Shown here one piece after another: positions 1-13,688 of a stretch of DNA of 64,000 bases. The stretch's first letter is position 1. Each line of letters opens with the position of its first letter. The stretch spans positions 114,762,001 through 114,826,000 of the forward strand of contig OX597815.1 in assembly GCA_951406725.2 (NCBI GenBank), given 5' to 3'. Origin of the DNA: Octopus vulgaris (lineage: Eukaryota). A program made the position numbers and the translations under genes. The notes beneath the pieces are model-generated. The model was not told the DNA's origin, did not search any database, and worked only from the letters and a program-made list of their open reading frames with translations.

Positions 1-813
1 ATTGCCTTATGAGTGAAATTTAGGTGACAGAAATATAAGGAAGACCAGTATATTTGTGTGTGTATGTGTTTCTGTGTCTTGCTTGGCTATATGTAAAAAC
101 CAGCAGGAAACAAAATACCTTATTTGGATAACCAACTAAAGATTGTCTACAGAAAGGTGATCTAGCCATGGAATATTGCCTCAATACATTTCTTCCAACC
201 CATGACATCATAGAATAAGTGGATGTATAAATGATGACGACAATTCTCTATTGCTTCTCAATCTGCTACTTCATTGAATTAGTGGTTTCTAATTACTATA
301 ATCAAAATCAAAGTGCTTTTCACTCTTTCTCATAATGAGGGTAGATGTTTTGCTAATCAATAATGGAGGGTATTAAACATAAAGAAACTGTTTAAAAATA
401 AAACCAGGATATTACAGAATAAAAAGAATTCTTCAATTGAAGTACATTAACTCACTGGCATATTAAATACATTCAATTCTTGTCTAACATTATCAGATTG
501 GAAAAAATGAACTGGAATCAAGTTTATTATGGAGTATTTTAACTTATCATATACAATATAGTTAAAAGATTTTTCTACCATGGATACCATGTTGATTTCA
601 AAATTATTAAAGCAATAATCTATAATTAAACATAACCAGACAGATGAAGATTCAGACTAGTATTTATTAGCAAATCATTGACATGACTATACAATTATAA
701 AATCTAGCACCCAAGATTATTTATAACAGGATAAGGTTTGAACTCATGTGCTGTCTGAAGTTTGTGATTTGATGTTCAAAAATTTCTGGTATCAATGCAT
801 TGTTATTTTAAAG

Positions 814-994
814 GTGTGGCAAATGTCGTCGGTACATGAAACTGATTCAGGCAAAACCAAGCAGGTTACATTGTTCAAATTGTGATGATACATACTCTTT
901 GCCACAAAATGGTGGAATTAAACTCTATCAGGAGTTAAAATGTCCACTAGATGACTATGAACTCGTACTCTGGACAACTGGTACAAAGGGAAAG
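814..994 (+). CDS. TOP3B: TOP3B exon
   Basis: ttttaaag|G...AAG|gtatt; CGKCRRYMKLIQAKPSRLHC...WTTGTKGK. Confidence 0.95.
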
Positions 995-3900
995 GTATTT
1001 ATAAATTTATTTAGTTGATTTTCTATGCTTTTCATATCATCAGTTTTTACAATTGCTATTTTCACACATTCAAATCAACAAATGCTTTGCACTACTTTGT
1101 TAAAATTTTATCATAAAAATGATTTTGTTATTTATTTGAATTTTCCTTAGCAAATGATAAAAGATACTTCAGGAGACCATCCGACCTACATTTCACATTA
1201 TTCATATATTTGTGTTCTTTTAAGATGATAGGATGTGATTTGAGGTGGATAGACCTGTTGTTTCTGGAAAGATCACACAATTGTGCTGAGGAGCCCTTGA
1301 TGGCTTATGATGATGATAATGATAGTGGTAACAATGATAATAATTCAAGAAAAGTGCTGTTTACAATTACTTGGAGATTTAATACCAAGAAGAAAATACC
1401 TTCAGATTTGTAATTCACTTTTGAACTAGTTTCTAATTCTTTGTTTTATTTCATTTACAGAGTTATCCCTTATGTCCATATTGCTATAACAATCCACCTT
1501 TCAAGGATATGCGCAAAGGCAGTGGCTGTAATGAATGCACACATCCTACATGTCAACATGCATTTTCTCAAAATGGCGTATCTGAATGTCTTGAATGCAG
1601 TCAAGGTATCTTGGTATTGGACCAGTCTTCGGCACCAAAATGGCGTATGGCATGTAACAAGTAAGATCTGAACCATCTATTCTGTTCTTTCTTAAACATT
1701 TTCTGAGTTAGCTTTACCTTTTTGATGCATCTTAAGAAATAGGTATATGTACCAGGCAGGGTAGGAGTTGCTGGATGTATACTATTTTGGTGAATAGGCA
1801 GGTAAATTAAGAATTAGAAATAGAATAAAAATCAAAAAGTAAATGTAATACCTAATCATCTCCTGGCTTGACACTACCACTTGGCCCTGAGTATCTTTAG
1901 CAGAGATTTTTTCATTGCAAACATTCAGTCTAAATCTTCATTTGGAGGATAATAACTTCACCATACTGATGTGCTGTTTCCTGCTGTAGAAACCTTCAAG
2001 TCATAACTTAGTGGGCTTCTGTCTTCTCTTTCCCCCACATCTACACACAAATCCTGGATACCCTGCAAAAGACCATACATACAAGTCTTCTTTCTCTGTC
2101 CTAGCCATAAAAAAAATTTGTTGATAATTTAATGGAAAATAAAAGAATTTAACACCAAGAAACTCGGTGTTTGATGGCATGCATGCATCCAAGAATCAAC
2201 CATTATTTGCAGTCCTCAAGGTGGTGAGCTGCCAGAAACGTTAGCATGCCGGACAAAATGCTTCGCGGTATTTCGTCTGCCGTTACGTTCTGAGTTCATA
2301 TTCCGCCGAGGTCGACTTTACATTTCATCCTTTCAAGGTCAATAAATTAAGTACCAGTTATGCACTGGGGTCGATGTAATCGACTTAATCCATTTGTCTG
2401 TCCTTGTTTGTCCTCTCTGTGTTTAGCCCCTTGTGGGTAGTAAAGAAATAAGTATTTTGTCTCTTTACTTTCTGAGTTGAAGTTATGCCAAGGTCAACTT
2501 TGCCTTTCATCCTTTTGGGGGTTGATAAATTAAGTACCAGTTGCATACTGGGGTCAATCTAATCAACTGGCCCTCTCCCCCAAAATTTCAGGCCTTGTGC
2601 CTAGAGTAGAAAAGAATATTTGCAGTCCTCACTGACTGTTAACAAATACTTTAGATAATGAAATATGTGGTGTTACAAGTTAAAAGAGAGAATTTTCTTT
2701 TGTTAGTCTTCATAAAAAAGATGTAATGTAACACATAGCATTTTAGGGTCTCTGGGGATAAACATACATATCTATGTATCTCTCTGTTTACATTACCTAT
2801 GTAATGTAAGTAGAGTTGTTGTGTAATGTAACCAAATGAGTTGTTATTTTGCACTGAGTCAGTATAAAATGACAGCACAAAGTAATGGTCAACAATAGAT
2901 ATCCTAAAACCAAGGTGCCATGTAAAAATCCTTGGTGTGGCTGCCGGTGCCACATAAAAAGCATTGGTGATGGTGCCACGTAAAAAGCACCCAGTACACT
3001 CTGTAAAGTGGTTGGTGAAGGGCATTATGGAACCCGGTGTGGTCCCTGACCTTGCCTGTTCCTATTCAGCCATCCGGCCTATGCCAACATGGAGAACTGG
3101 TGTTAAATGATGATGATGATGATGAATAGAAGTGTTACATTAACTTCTATTTTGTTATATGTGAATTCTGTGGAAAGGATAACTGGAGAAAATATATGGT
3201 AAATGTTGGATGATAGAACTTTGTATTAAATTGCTCTATAAAGCTCTTATGTGCAGAAGCATGATTTATGTCTTATGCTATGTTTGTTTTGTAAATTCAT
3301 TTAGGTGTTCCCTTGTCATCAACCTGTTAGAAGGAGCACATAAAGTCACTCTAAAGGATGATGATTGTGAAGAGTGTGGTGCCTCTATTATAAATGTTGA
3401 CTATGGCAAGGTAAGTAGATATAATTTTTTACTAGTTTCCATTATTGGACTGCAGCCCTGCTGAGTGTCACTGAGTTTTTTTGATAAATCATATCAACCC
3501 CAGTATTTCATTCAGTTTGGTATTTATTTTATTGAGTTACTCTAAATTGTTTTTATGATAAAACTTTCTTGTTTGTGTGTGTCAAACACCTATATACATT
3601 TAGCTTCAGCACAGACTTTGTCTACCAAATTACACTTGCAAAGTATTGGTCTATCTGAGGTTATAGAAGCAAACACTTGCCCAAGTTGTCACTCTATGGA
3701 TCAGTCACAGGATCAAGTGGTTGTGAAGTGGCTTTCTTAACCAATAGATGTTTCAAAGACAATATTCATGCAACCTTCTGAATGCTTTCAGATGTCCTCA
3801 GTATGCAGTCCAGGTTTCTATAGGAAAGCACACAAACCACAAATCTCTTCAGGTAGATAGCCCTGCTCAATCTATAGAAAAGGCATAGGTAGAAACTCCA

Positions 3901-5996
3901 TAAGATGTACCCCGTGTAAGCTATGGACACATAAGAGGTGCAGCAATATCAAAGGAAGGCTAACTAGGAATATAGTTTTTGTGTGTGGAAAATGCTCTGG
4001 GGCAATAAACATTGAAAATGAGCAGAAAACAGCTTCCATCACATTCCAGTGGGGAAAACTACCAGTATTTGATAGCTTCCATTACCTCGGTGACCAAGTC
4101 AGTAGCGGGAGTGGATGCTCTGAGAGTGTAGCTGCTGGAATAAGAATAGCCTGGGCAAAGTTCAGAGAGCTCTTACCTCTGCTGGTGACAAAGGGCCTCT
4201 CGCTCAGAGTGAAAGGTAGACTATATGATGCATGTGTGCAAAACAGCCATGCTACACGACAGTGAAACATGGGCTGTGACTGCTGAGGACATAAGCTTGC
4301 AACAAATGAAGCTAGTATGCTCTGCTGGTTGTGTAATGTCAGTGTGCATACACGACAGTGTAAGCACCCTGGTAGAAAAGTTGGACATAAGAAGCATTAA
4401 ATGTGGTGTGCAAGAGAGACAACTGTGCTAGTATGGTTATGTGTTGCATATGGATGAAGACAGCTGTGTGAAAAAGTGTCACGTCCTAGCAGTAGAGTGA
4501 AACTGTGGAAAAGGTAGACCCAGGAAGATCTGGGATGAGGTGATGAAGCACAACCTTTGAAAGTTGGGCCTTACCAATTCAAAGACAAGGTACTGAGACC
4601 TTTGGAGATATGCTATTGCTTGAGAAGACCCAGCAAACCAAGTGAGACCATAACTGTGGCCTATGCCAGTGCAGCATAACCAGCCCATTTAAGAGTACCC
4701 TTCAATCATTGGACGATAAACTGCGCTTGCGAAGGCCTGTTGAGGCAAGTGAAGTCATTGTGGCCAATGACAGTACCACCTGATTGGCACCTGTGCTGGT
4801 GGTACGTAAAAAGCACCATTCGAGCATGGCTGATGCCAGTGCCACCTGACTGGTCCTGTGCCAGTAGCAAGTAAAAAAAGCACCATTCAAGCATGGTTGA
4901 TGCCAGTACCGCCTGACTGGCCCTTGTGCCGATGGCACATAAAGAGCACCCATTACACTTTCAGAGTGGTTGACATTAGGAAGGGCATCCAGCTGTAGGA
5001 ACTTTGACAGGCCGGATTGGAGCCTGGTGCAGCCTTCTGGCTTGCCAACCTTCAGTCAAACCATCTAACCCATGCCTGCATGTAAAGTGGATGTTAAACA
5101 ATGATGAACAAAATATTGGGATCACCACTGCTCTGTACACTAACATTTTGGTGTATGTTCACATGCCATGTTATTAAAGTCTTTTGTTCAGAGACATTTA
5201 AAAGCCATTCCATCTATGTTGCTAAGTTGAATTTTTTGAATTACATCCAGTTCGTCTCAGTTAGTGATGGTTGCATATGTTCTGAGTCTTCTTGGAGATG
5301 ATGTAAGTCTAAGTTTCATGTAAACATAGTTGAAAGCAATCAGTATCTGTTACAGATGTTTTTGTGAGAAAGCTGTGACACTGTTGTCATCTGCATATTG
5401 AAACTCTTTGAGGAAGCTTGTAGATGTGTTGGACCGAGACAAACCAGATTAAATTATCTGACATCTGTTGTGTAGACAATGTTGATAGAGTAAAGAGACA
5501 CAGACAGAAATTGTTTTTCATAGCCAAAATGAATCAAGTTATTTCTTGGATGTTGTTGTGGCAAGAATCCTAAGCCAAAAAGAAATATGCTGACTGGTTG
5601 GAGCCATTTCACTTTTTACTTAACTTACTGAAAAGTCATTAGTATGCTGTTCCTTCTCTCTTATAAATTTGCTTTTGTAAGATATCAGTGTTTATAAGGT
5701 ATTCATTATGTGGTATGTCCTATATTGTATTGTATATATATTTTGAAATTTTTGTATTTTCTTTCTAGAACAAATCTCCACTACCAGACAATGCTACTGA
5801 TTACACAGGTTGTGTATTTTGTGACAGCACTTTCAAACCCCTGGTTGAAATGCACCATGCTATGGCACCCAGAGTGCGACGTACGGCAACACGTGGTGGA
5901 GGAGCTGGCCGTGGAAAAGGTCGTGGCCGAGGGCGTGGTAAAGGCAAACATAAACCCAAAGACAAAATGGCACAGTTAGCTGCATATTTTGTATGA
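814..5996 (+). CDS. TOP3B: DNA topoisomerase 3-beta, last four coding exons (814-994, 1461-1660, 3305-3410, 5769-5996); the 5' part lies outside the window
   Basis: GT-AG exons join in frame to give CGKCRRYMKLIQAKPSRLHCSNCDDTYSLPQNG...SYPLCPYCYNNPPF...GCVFCD...RGGGAGRGKGRGRGRG...PKDKMAQLAAYFV*. This matches the C-terminal zinc ribbons, RGG box and terminal KDKM.LAAYFV of metazoan TOP3B. Confidence 0.96.
1461..1660 (+). CDS. TOP3B: TOP3B exon
   Basis: tttacag|AGT...AA|gtaag; SYPLCPYCYNNPPFKDMRKGSGCNECTHPTC...KWRMACN. Confidence 0.95.
2217..2617 (+). mobile_element. tRNA-derived SINE, one full copy plus an adjacent partial copy
   Basis: Head ggtggtgagctg..gaaacgttagc, B-box-like gagttca, central gcctttcatccttt.gggg.tcgataaa..aagtaccag motif (resembles the Meta/MESC-type SINE core, from memory); about 9 related copies in the window. 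Confidence 0.75.
2930..3125 (+). mobile_element. RTE-type 3' tail fragment (5'-truncated LINE or partner SINE)
   Basis: gcacccagtacactctgtaaagtggttgg...ttaaa(tga)n, matching the 3' end of the RTE at 33016-35130; similar stubs near 9.9, 27.1-27.5, 40.7, 46.1, 47.1, 49.2, 51.3 and 62.6 kb. Confidence 0.7.
3305..3410 (+). CDS. TOP3B: TOP3B exon
   Basis: tttag|G...AAG|gtaagt; CSLVINLLEGAHKVTLKDDDCEECGASIINVDYGK. Confidence 0.93.
3830..5107 (+). mobile_element. 5'-truncated decayed RTE LINE in a TOP3B intron
   Basis: Encodes FHYLGDQVSSGSGCSESVAAGIRIAWAKFRELLPLLVTKGLSLRVKGRLYDACV, homologous to 33584-34246, with stops and frameshifts; 3' UTR repeats and atgatg tail. Confidence 0.88.
5130..5620 (-). 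mobile_element. old LINE reverse-transcriptase remnant
   Basis: Minus strand reads QYADDNSVTAFSQKHL* around 5350-5400 (YADD motif); boundaries approximate. Confidence 0.5.
5769..5996 (+). CDS. TOP3B: TOP3B terminal coding exon (RGG box, TGA stop)
   Basis: ttctag|AAC; NKSPLPDNATDYTGCVFCD...RGG...KDKMAQLAAYFV*. Confidence 0.95.
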   Translation, partial: NKSPLPDNATDYTGCVFCDSTFKPLVEMHHAMAPRVRRTATRGGGAGRGKGRGRGRGKGKHKPKDKMAQLAAYFV

Positions 5997-6034
5997 ATGC
6001 TAAACCTTCAGTTAACTTTTTAACTTTCATCTAG

Positions 6035-6040
6035 AATAAA
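6035..6040 (+). promoter_or_regulatory. candidate TOP3B polyadenylation signal
   Basis: AATAAA about 40 nt after the stop, followed by a GT-rich tract (tgtgttgctgttgt). Confidence 0.4.
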
Positions 6041-6222
6041 GAATTCTACCCTATGTGTTGCTGTTGTATTCTTACTTTTCTGATGATGATGGATATTTAT
6101 TAAATGAATTGATGTATTCATAAATCAAAAGGCTTATGAAGCTGGTTAGATTTTGATTGGGCCGTATAAATTACATAAGAACGATATAATGAATTAAACA
6201 ACTTTTGTAATTAACAAAATTA

Positions 6223-8865
6223 CCATAAAAGCCCATGTAATTTGTGCATTTTTTTTCACAAAAATAAAAATAAACTTTAGGGGTGCATAAATTACTTGAG
6301 TAGATCATTTCCAGAATTTTTTTATCGATAAAAGATGTACAAAACGTAAACATTCATACCAGAAGTTGACTCATTTAATGTCAGAATAGGTTTTTACAGA
6401 AAAAATAAGTGCTTAAATATGAAGTTTACTTTTATTTATGCTTACTTTTTCTGTATAAAATTACCAAAACCATTAAATGGTTAACTACTTTTTGAAGTCT
6501 TACATTCATGCTGGTAATCACGATCTGGGCCATATTTTATATCGCTTGGAGTGTCTACCTATTGCAATGGAGCATCATTGACATGGTGATATGGATATTC
6601 TTAACTGAAAAAAAAATGTAATGATATGGATAATCTTGATTATATGGTTTTATGTTTATCTGTTTTTCTTGTTTAGATCGGCAAAATTGATGATGGTAAG
6701 GAAAAGGATGTAAATGTTTACAATTTACATCCTGACTACTACCATTCTTGACATTGGTGTGAACTACCAACTATTAGGAGCAATGTGCAGCTGTTCAGTT
6801 GCAATCATGTCTAGAATAAGATTTTTCTGAACATAACTAAAACAACAAACAATTTTAAAACTTTTATGTACTGTACTATATGAAAATGTACAAGTAATGC
6901 ATTACAAATATTATCATATTGAAATGGATAATATTCTTATTAAACAGTTTGTGCTTCAATCTTTTGGTGATTGAGAGCACTGCTATTTACTGTTAACTTG
7001 TTAAAGTCAGTCCTGTTTATCAAATCCAAAGTATTTGTTCTTGTCATGATAATATACATCCATTGCATCATCTTGTTCATCAGCATGATCATCACATGTG
7101 GCAAGTTCAGATTGCCACGAAACATCATCCTGCAGACCATCAAGATGGTTAGAAATGCTGCACTTAAGAAATGATTTTACAATTATCTCGGGGTCAAGTT
7201 CATTCCATGCCTCAAGAATCCATTGGCATATCTCATCTAAGCTGGGCTTTTTCATACAGCCACCTTTAGTAAAAGAATGTTTATTACCACTAATTCCACT
7301 TTTGACACAAAGCACATTTCATGGGTATATTTACACCGACATCTAACGGCTGCAAAATCAATGTCATTCGCCGGGAATGATAGCAATTTCACAGTCACTT
7401 CTTAATACATCTTTTACATAGTCCGACTTATGGTATCTAAAACTATCCAAAACTAATAAACTATGTTCACAGGTTTTGAGACAAGTCTTAGCCATTCTTT
7501 CATGCTGGATTTGACCATCCCCCCTTTTTCATGGACTCTAATGATTGTCTTTTGGAAAGTTTAACTTTAGCAATGTCCGTCTTTTGAAGATAACATATGG
7601 TGGCAATTTTGTTCCGTCTCCCAAACATGCTAGCATCACAGTAAATCTATTCTTTTCATTTCCAGTTGTTCTTATTTTAACTGATTTTTTATTAACATGT
7701 GCCATACGGTAAATCAAATGTTAACAGGGCTTGGTCTGCATTCTTGATGTGTGACAGTTCAATATTCTATTTTCTTCTTTGATAATATAACTCTGAAAGT
7801 TTGTCAATTTTTCTTTGTAATCTTCAGGAAGTCTTTGCGCAATTGTTGTTCTATGTTGTACACTTAAGTCATAACGGTTCATAAAACGATAGCACCAGTT
7901 TAACAAGGCTTTAAAGTCAACACTATCAGCACTATATTTGGTCTTAACTGACTAGCATGTAATCTTATCTCAGTAGTGCTTACACCAAAACCCTCATCAC
8001 ATTTGTCACTTATTCAGTGATAAAAGTTCAGTCTCTAACTCGGGGAAGTTTGTAAATTTACCCCTATTGGCACAGTTTTAAGTTTGTGATAGTTTATGCT
8101 AGCTTTCCGGCAGTTCTGTTGCCACATTCAAATGCTTATTCAACAATAATTTAATTTCTCCTTCACAGTAAACAATTCATAAGTTCTGCCCATACTGACA
8201 ATAACGGTAATGACAAATTTTAAAGTTTGCTTGACATTTTATCTGTGTGAAAGGGATTGAAATTTCAATACTCCATATCAAAGGTTCCAACAAGAATAGG
8301 CGGAAAATCAGAGCTTGAGACGAGACACTTTCAACCAATCAGAATTCTGTTTACATAATCAGTTTGATTGGTCACCTTCCTCTGTCAGTTGAGTAAAGTG
8401 TCATCCAAGCTGATGTCTATTGGTAATTCAACTTAATTTGCAATACCTGTGCATATTTATCAGCTTTGTTTTTGTTGATAATTCTTAACTTTTCCTGTGA
8501 TCATGATTTGAGAAGACATAGGGCAGTATGCTAAAGATTGGACATAATCTCTTGTGGGCAAAAAATGTAAAATAAAGTTTATTATAAACAACTCAAATAC
8601 TTTGTAATTTAATAGCTTTTAATGTGATACCTGTTGAACAAAATTTATTTTTATTTAATGAAAATTTAATAATATCTAATCATAAGTAAGTGAAATTATG
8701 CTAAATACAACTAAATTGGAAGCCTTTTTCCCCTTGGCCAAAGCAGCAATTCTGAAAACTTTTGGGTGTGAATTTTACGTGAGTAGAAGCTTCTTTTAAT
8801 AAATTTTATCCTGAAAATCACCTGCATAAATTACACAGGTGTGCAAATTACATGAGTTTCTATGG
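6223..8865 (-). mobile_element. decayed pogo/Tigger-family DNA transposon (about 2.6 kb)
   Basis: Imperfect TIRs: ccataaaagcccatgtaatttgtgca (6223-) versus the reverse complement ccatagaaactcatgtaatttgcaca (-8865); TA at 6221-6222. Broken minus-strand ORFs WCYRFMNRYDLSVQHRTTIAQRLP (CENP-B-type HTH) and KPSLDEICQWILEAWNELDPEIIVKSFLKCSISN (DDE_1 C-terminus). Confidence 0.88.
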
Positions 8866-10103
8866 TTATTATGAAATTATAACAAAGTTCCAGTCACTTT
8901 AGCCTAATACTTATGTAAACTACAGATGAAACAAATTTTCATTTGGATACGATACTGTTTTATCACAATGGCTTTTCTCAGAAGTTCTCGTCCACAGTAT
9001 ATAAACTCAATCTATAACATTACTCTATCCATGTGGACATTTCATCTCTTGGTATTTTAATGACACCAGAAAGTTAAATATGTTGTGACTCTGATAACAA
9101 CCCACATGAAACTGCACTAGGTTCTAAGATATTTTAAGGTGGACTAAAAACCTTCCATTAAAATTTCACATTAATGTTCCTAACACCAACTTAATAAAGT
9201 TTACTAATTGTTCAGTTATTTTCAAAATTAATTAAGAAAATAAAAGTATATTTCAACAGAAATATATTTAAAGGGTTAAATTACTCCATCCTAGTAAAAT
9301 GGTGGAGTCAAGCTATGAAAAGAAGTAAAATTGTGCTATATTTTATACAATTTGGTCTTACAACAGCATCAAACCATAAACATATTCTGAAATCTATGAG
9401 TAACATGAAATTTTGAAAGTGTCTTATGCTACAGTTTGATTACAAAATCATTGTATAGTTTGTAAGAATTAACAAATGCACATGTTAAGGCAGAACAGAT
9501 GGAGTGGAAAACAAAAAATAATTCTGGAGGAATACATAATGTCTTCCCCTATCATCACTCTGACTCTCTACCATCATAATGCAGTGAAAGAAAGATGGCA
9601 TCAAAATGGTCCATGTCTACTAACATCCTTCTTTACTGCAAGCCATTACTTTCTCTCCTCTGTGTGACTTTTCCTTGACATCTATCATTTACCAGTATCC
9701 ATTTTTATTGCCGTCTTGCCATTCTCATCTCTAGTACTTTACCAACAATGAACATATTACTATCAGTCATTCCCTCTCCTGTTCACTTTTAAAGAATAGA
9801 GAGAACTCTTTAGTCTTGCAGAAGATAAGTCAACCTCTCTTGCACAGGTTCCATTATAAAATTCATTCAATATACCCAGTAAAGTAGCTGGCTTTAGGAA
9901 GGGCATCCAACTGCAGAAACCATTTCAAAAATAGAAATGACAAGAGAAATATGGTCTAGTGATCTATCTAGGAAGGCAGTGACTTCAACAGATTAGTTCC
10001 ATGACAATCTATTCAAACTATGCCAGCATGGAAAGCAGACATAAAATGTTATCTTATTTTTGAAATGAATAAAATAAAAATACAACAAGTAAACTTTAAT
10101 ATA

Positions 10104-10109
10104 TTTATT
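10104..10109 (-). promoter_or_regulatory. candidate distal APPL polyadenylation signal
   Basis: AATAAA then ATTAAA on the minus strand, followed by a T/GT-rich tract, at the end of a TE-poor 4.3-kb stretch below the APPL stop. Confidence 0.3.
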
Positions 10110-13100
10110 AACAATTGCTGCACTTCAGCCCATTTTGAGTGAAGTATTAAAACTTCCTAAATTGTTTTAAAATTAGAAAAGGGAGAAGAATCACAATTCG
10201 TTGTCACAATTAAATAATGCATACTGTTCACACACGTGTGTATGTATATATATATATATATATATATAAATATAGATACATACATACACATATATAGTGT
10301 CTATGTGTGTGTAATTTAAGAAAAGAGAAAACAAATGAAACAGGTTCACAACTAAGTTTAATATACAATGTATTTATATAGTGATTGTGGGGTGTCCATA
10401 TGAACTTTTTAACCATGTAGGACCAAAAAATAAAGGGGAAGGGAAACAAAAAGCAAAATTTAGGCAATCATTAGGATCACGAATCAGTTAAGTAAACACG
10501 ACTTTTATATTTTCCATAGTACATACTAATACTTAAGAAATGTTTACAATGACCAATGGAGGCCTACATCACAGTGTAATACTTTGTCCAGCACTGACAA
10601 ATCATATTTAACATCACATTAAATTTTGCCTTGCAATCACAGAAACCAGTTGAAAAATTTTACAGAATTTTATTTATATATAATATATTTTTTTTATGTT
10701 TTTGCTCCTTTTTTTTTCTTCAATAAACTGTGCTTGTTACAAAAATAAGTAACCACTAATATCAACTCACATACTTCTCAATTTTTCTGTTGTATAAGCT
10801 GTTAATGGAGGTAAAGCTAATTAAAACATATGCCGAGTATATCTCAATGAATAATATCCCTATGCTACAAAACCTGAGAGCATCCAAATTTCTGTCAGTT
10901 ACAATTTCTCAAAACTAACTTTTTGTTCTTAGAAACACTATGTTAGATGCCAATAAAGCAAGATTAATTTTTGGCATATTTCAGTGTCAGAGATGAATCA
11001 ACAAAAATAAAATCCTACTGTTATCCAAGATTGAAATTTTTTTTTTTTTCCAAAACTCCATCCAGGACATGTATTATTCCTAAATGTCATTATGATTCAT
11101 TCATTTAAAAATAAACTGCTCGTTTTTATGCATACAATTGGACATAATACACATGCATTCTAATCATCTAAATGTTATATAGTTATATACATTATTTCTG
11201 CCACCTATTTTCACCATTCACAGTTATGATAGATATTTCATTGAGTACTCAGGACAAAAGTGGTTAACATATACATAAATATCTTTTACTCAATACATAA
11301 ATATCATATGAAGTTCTGTACATTATCAGAAATATTTTTACAAGAATTTCTCAATACAAGATACGTATTTATAAGTAATTTTTTTAGCTAATATTTTCAA
11401 AACTTCCCAAACTTCTTACAGTAGTCTGGTTAGTTCTTCATTTGAATTTTATTTTTTATTTAAAATAAAAGTAGTGTTTTATAATAAAATTTTAAAGCTC
11501 GTCCATCTTTTTCTTTCATGTATGCATACAGTTATTGAACTTTAGAATTAAATTGTTAATTTCTTTATCCATTTGACATAGTTCTTTTTTTTTATTTCAC
11601 TTTATTTTGTTTTGCAATATTATATTTTTAATTTTTCATAATTACTTAATTCACTTAATTTTTGTTTAATATTAGGAATTTTCCTCAAGAACATAACCAA
11701 ACTATCAATGGAAAATCTTTTTTATGTATATATGACTCCAGTTTAAAAATGCCGTGAAATCAATAATTTTATCTCAATATTTCTTAATGCACACATTAAA
11801 AGTAAATAAATACTGTTCCACCTTCACTGCACACGCAGTGTCAAACAGATATCTGTGACCAACATAAAAGACAGTATAACAATGTTCAACATAACACTGT
11901 TCTACAATTGGATGTCCAGACAAGATTGTGGTGTAAATTTGAAACAATAAAATGGATATGAGAAAATATATAAATAGTCTCCCGATAATAAATTTATTTT
12001 CACTGTTCACATCACCAAATACTGGATCTTTGGACTTTCTTCTGCTTTATTCTTAGCAAAATATATTTTATTCCATTCCATGCCTCCCTTACTGAGAGTT
12101 GGAGTTTGTAGAGTAAAAGTAGTTTGCTTTCTACTATTAATAATGGTTTCTATCAAATTACACCAAAAACTAATTAGAAAATGAGAAATCAAAAGTAAAA
12201 TATAGCAAAACAAAGTGGTCTTTTTTTTTATCAACATACAGAGAACGTTAACCTAAGTTTGTAGAGTATTTACTTGTTTAGTGATATTTAACAAAATATT
12301 CTGAAATGTGTACAATCAAAATAACAGGAAAAAAATGTGGTCAGTTTCTTTTTTCTTCTTTTCTTTCTTTTTTTTTTTACAATAATTTCTGCACAGATAA
12401 ATTATAAAGTAATTTAGTCTCCAGCCAAAGAGACAGTTTGTATTGAGAGCATTCCAGGTTTGTAAATCTTTTTATCTTGATATAGTGTACAAATTTATTT
12501 GGCATGAGTATTAATTTTTTTGTCACCAACTTGTGCCAATGCCATGAACCATTATTATTTCAATAGTATTATTTCAAACTGTGTTAATTCATTAAGCACA
12601 ACCATCTCAAAACCTAACATGCAAATACATTCACAACATGTTCCAACTAAAATGCATATGGATTCAATGAATTTTAATCAATACATTCTCTCTCTCCCTC
12701 TTTCATTATAATTACAAGTTGATAGTTTCTAAGACTAGGTAATATTTCGTTTCTTTATGAGACATATAACCTAAAAAAATGTTAAGGAAGACTGGGAAAG
12801 AAGCAAATCTGTGGAAACCAATACACCATAAATAACTGGTACTTATTCTATTGATCAAGAAGAAAAGCTAAGTAAGTTTTAAATTTATAACTGTAAGGGT
12901 TTGGACTAAAAACTAGTCCAGCTCTATCATGCAATAGTCTCTCTCCTTAGTTATACATCAAATCATTTAAGAAAATAGCATAACAAAGCTTGAGCAATTC
13001 ATTTGCATTTGACTAACATTTTTAATATTCTTTCTAATAGCCCAAGGTAGAATAACATACCCAGTTGACATATCCACTACTTTAATAACCCTTAGCCATT

Positions 13101-13466
13101 ATAACAATACAGATAGATCATGCTCTACCTGCTAGCCACTCTACACCTACCCACACACACAAATACTGAATGGTAGAGTGCATATATATATCTATATTGT
13201 GATATAAATGGGCTGAAGTTCACATTCAAGGCAAAAACCTGCAGTGTTTCCAAACATTTGATCTGTTCTGTAGATCTGCATGTTTGAGCAGTACCAACCA
13301 CAGCTGCTCAAAAGCTACAAAAGCATTTTCTGTCAAGTAGAGAGCATAAAAGAGACATTCTTTTAATATTAACAAGACTTTCTACTTAAATAGGTAGTGA
13401 GCAAGAATAATTCACTATTTAATATTCATCTCAGGAGATAATGTGAGAGAATTATATACATTAGAT

Positions 13467-13688
13467 CAGTGGTTCTCAAATTGAAAAATGACAGACCCTA
13501 TCCTTATAAAAAGATATTGGTGAAATTTTTTTGGCAACCTCCTCTTTATTAATGAGAAGATAAAATAGATAAAACACCCATGTAATTCTTGTTTCATCAA
13601 TGTTTTTGACATTTAAATATTAGAAACATATTTAGAAACACTCCCTTTTCAATCATTAGTTCTCTTCACATCCATAAGAGAAACACTG
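13467..13688. mobile_element. hAT-type MITE
   Basis: cagtggttctc...gagaaacactg termini; 8-bp TSD cattagat/cattaggt. Confidence 0.75.
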
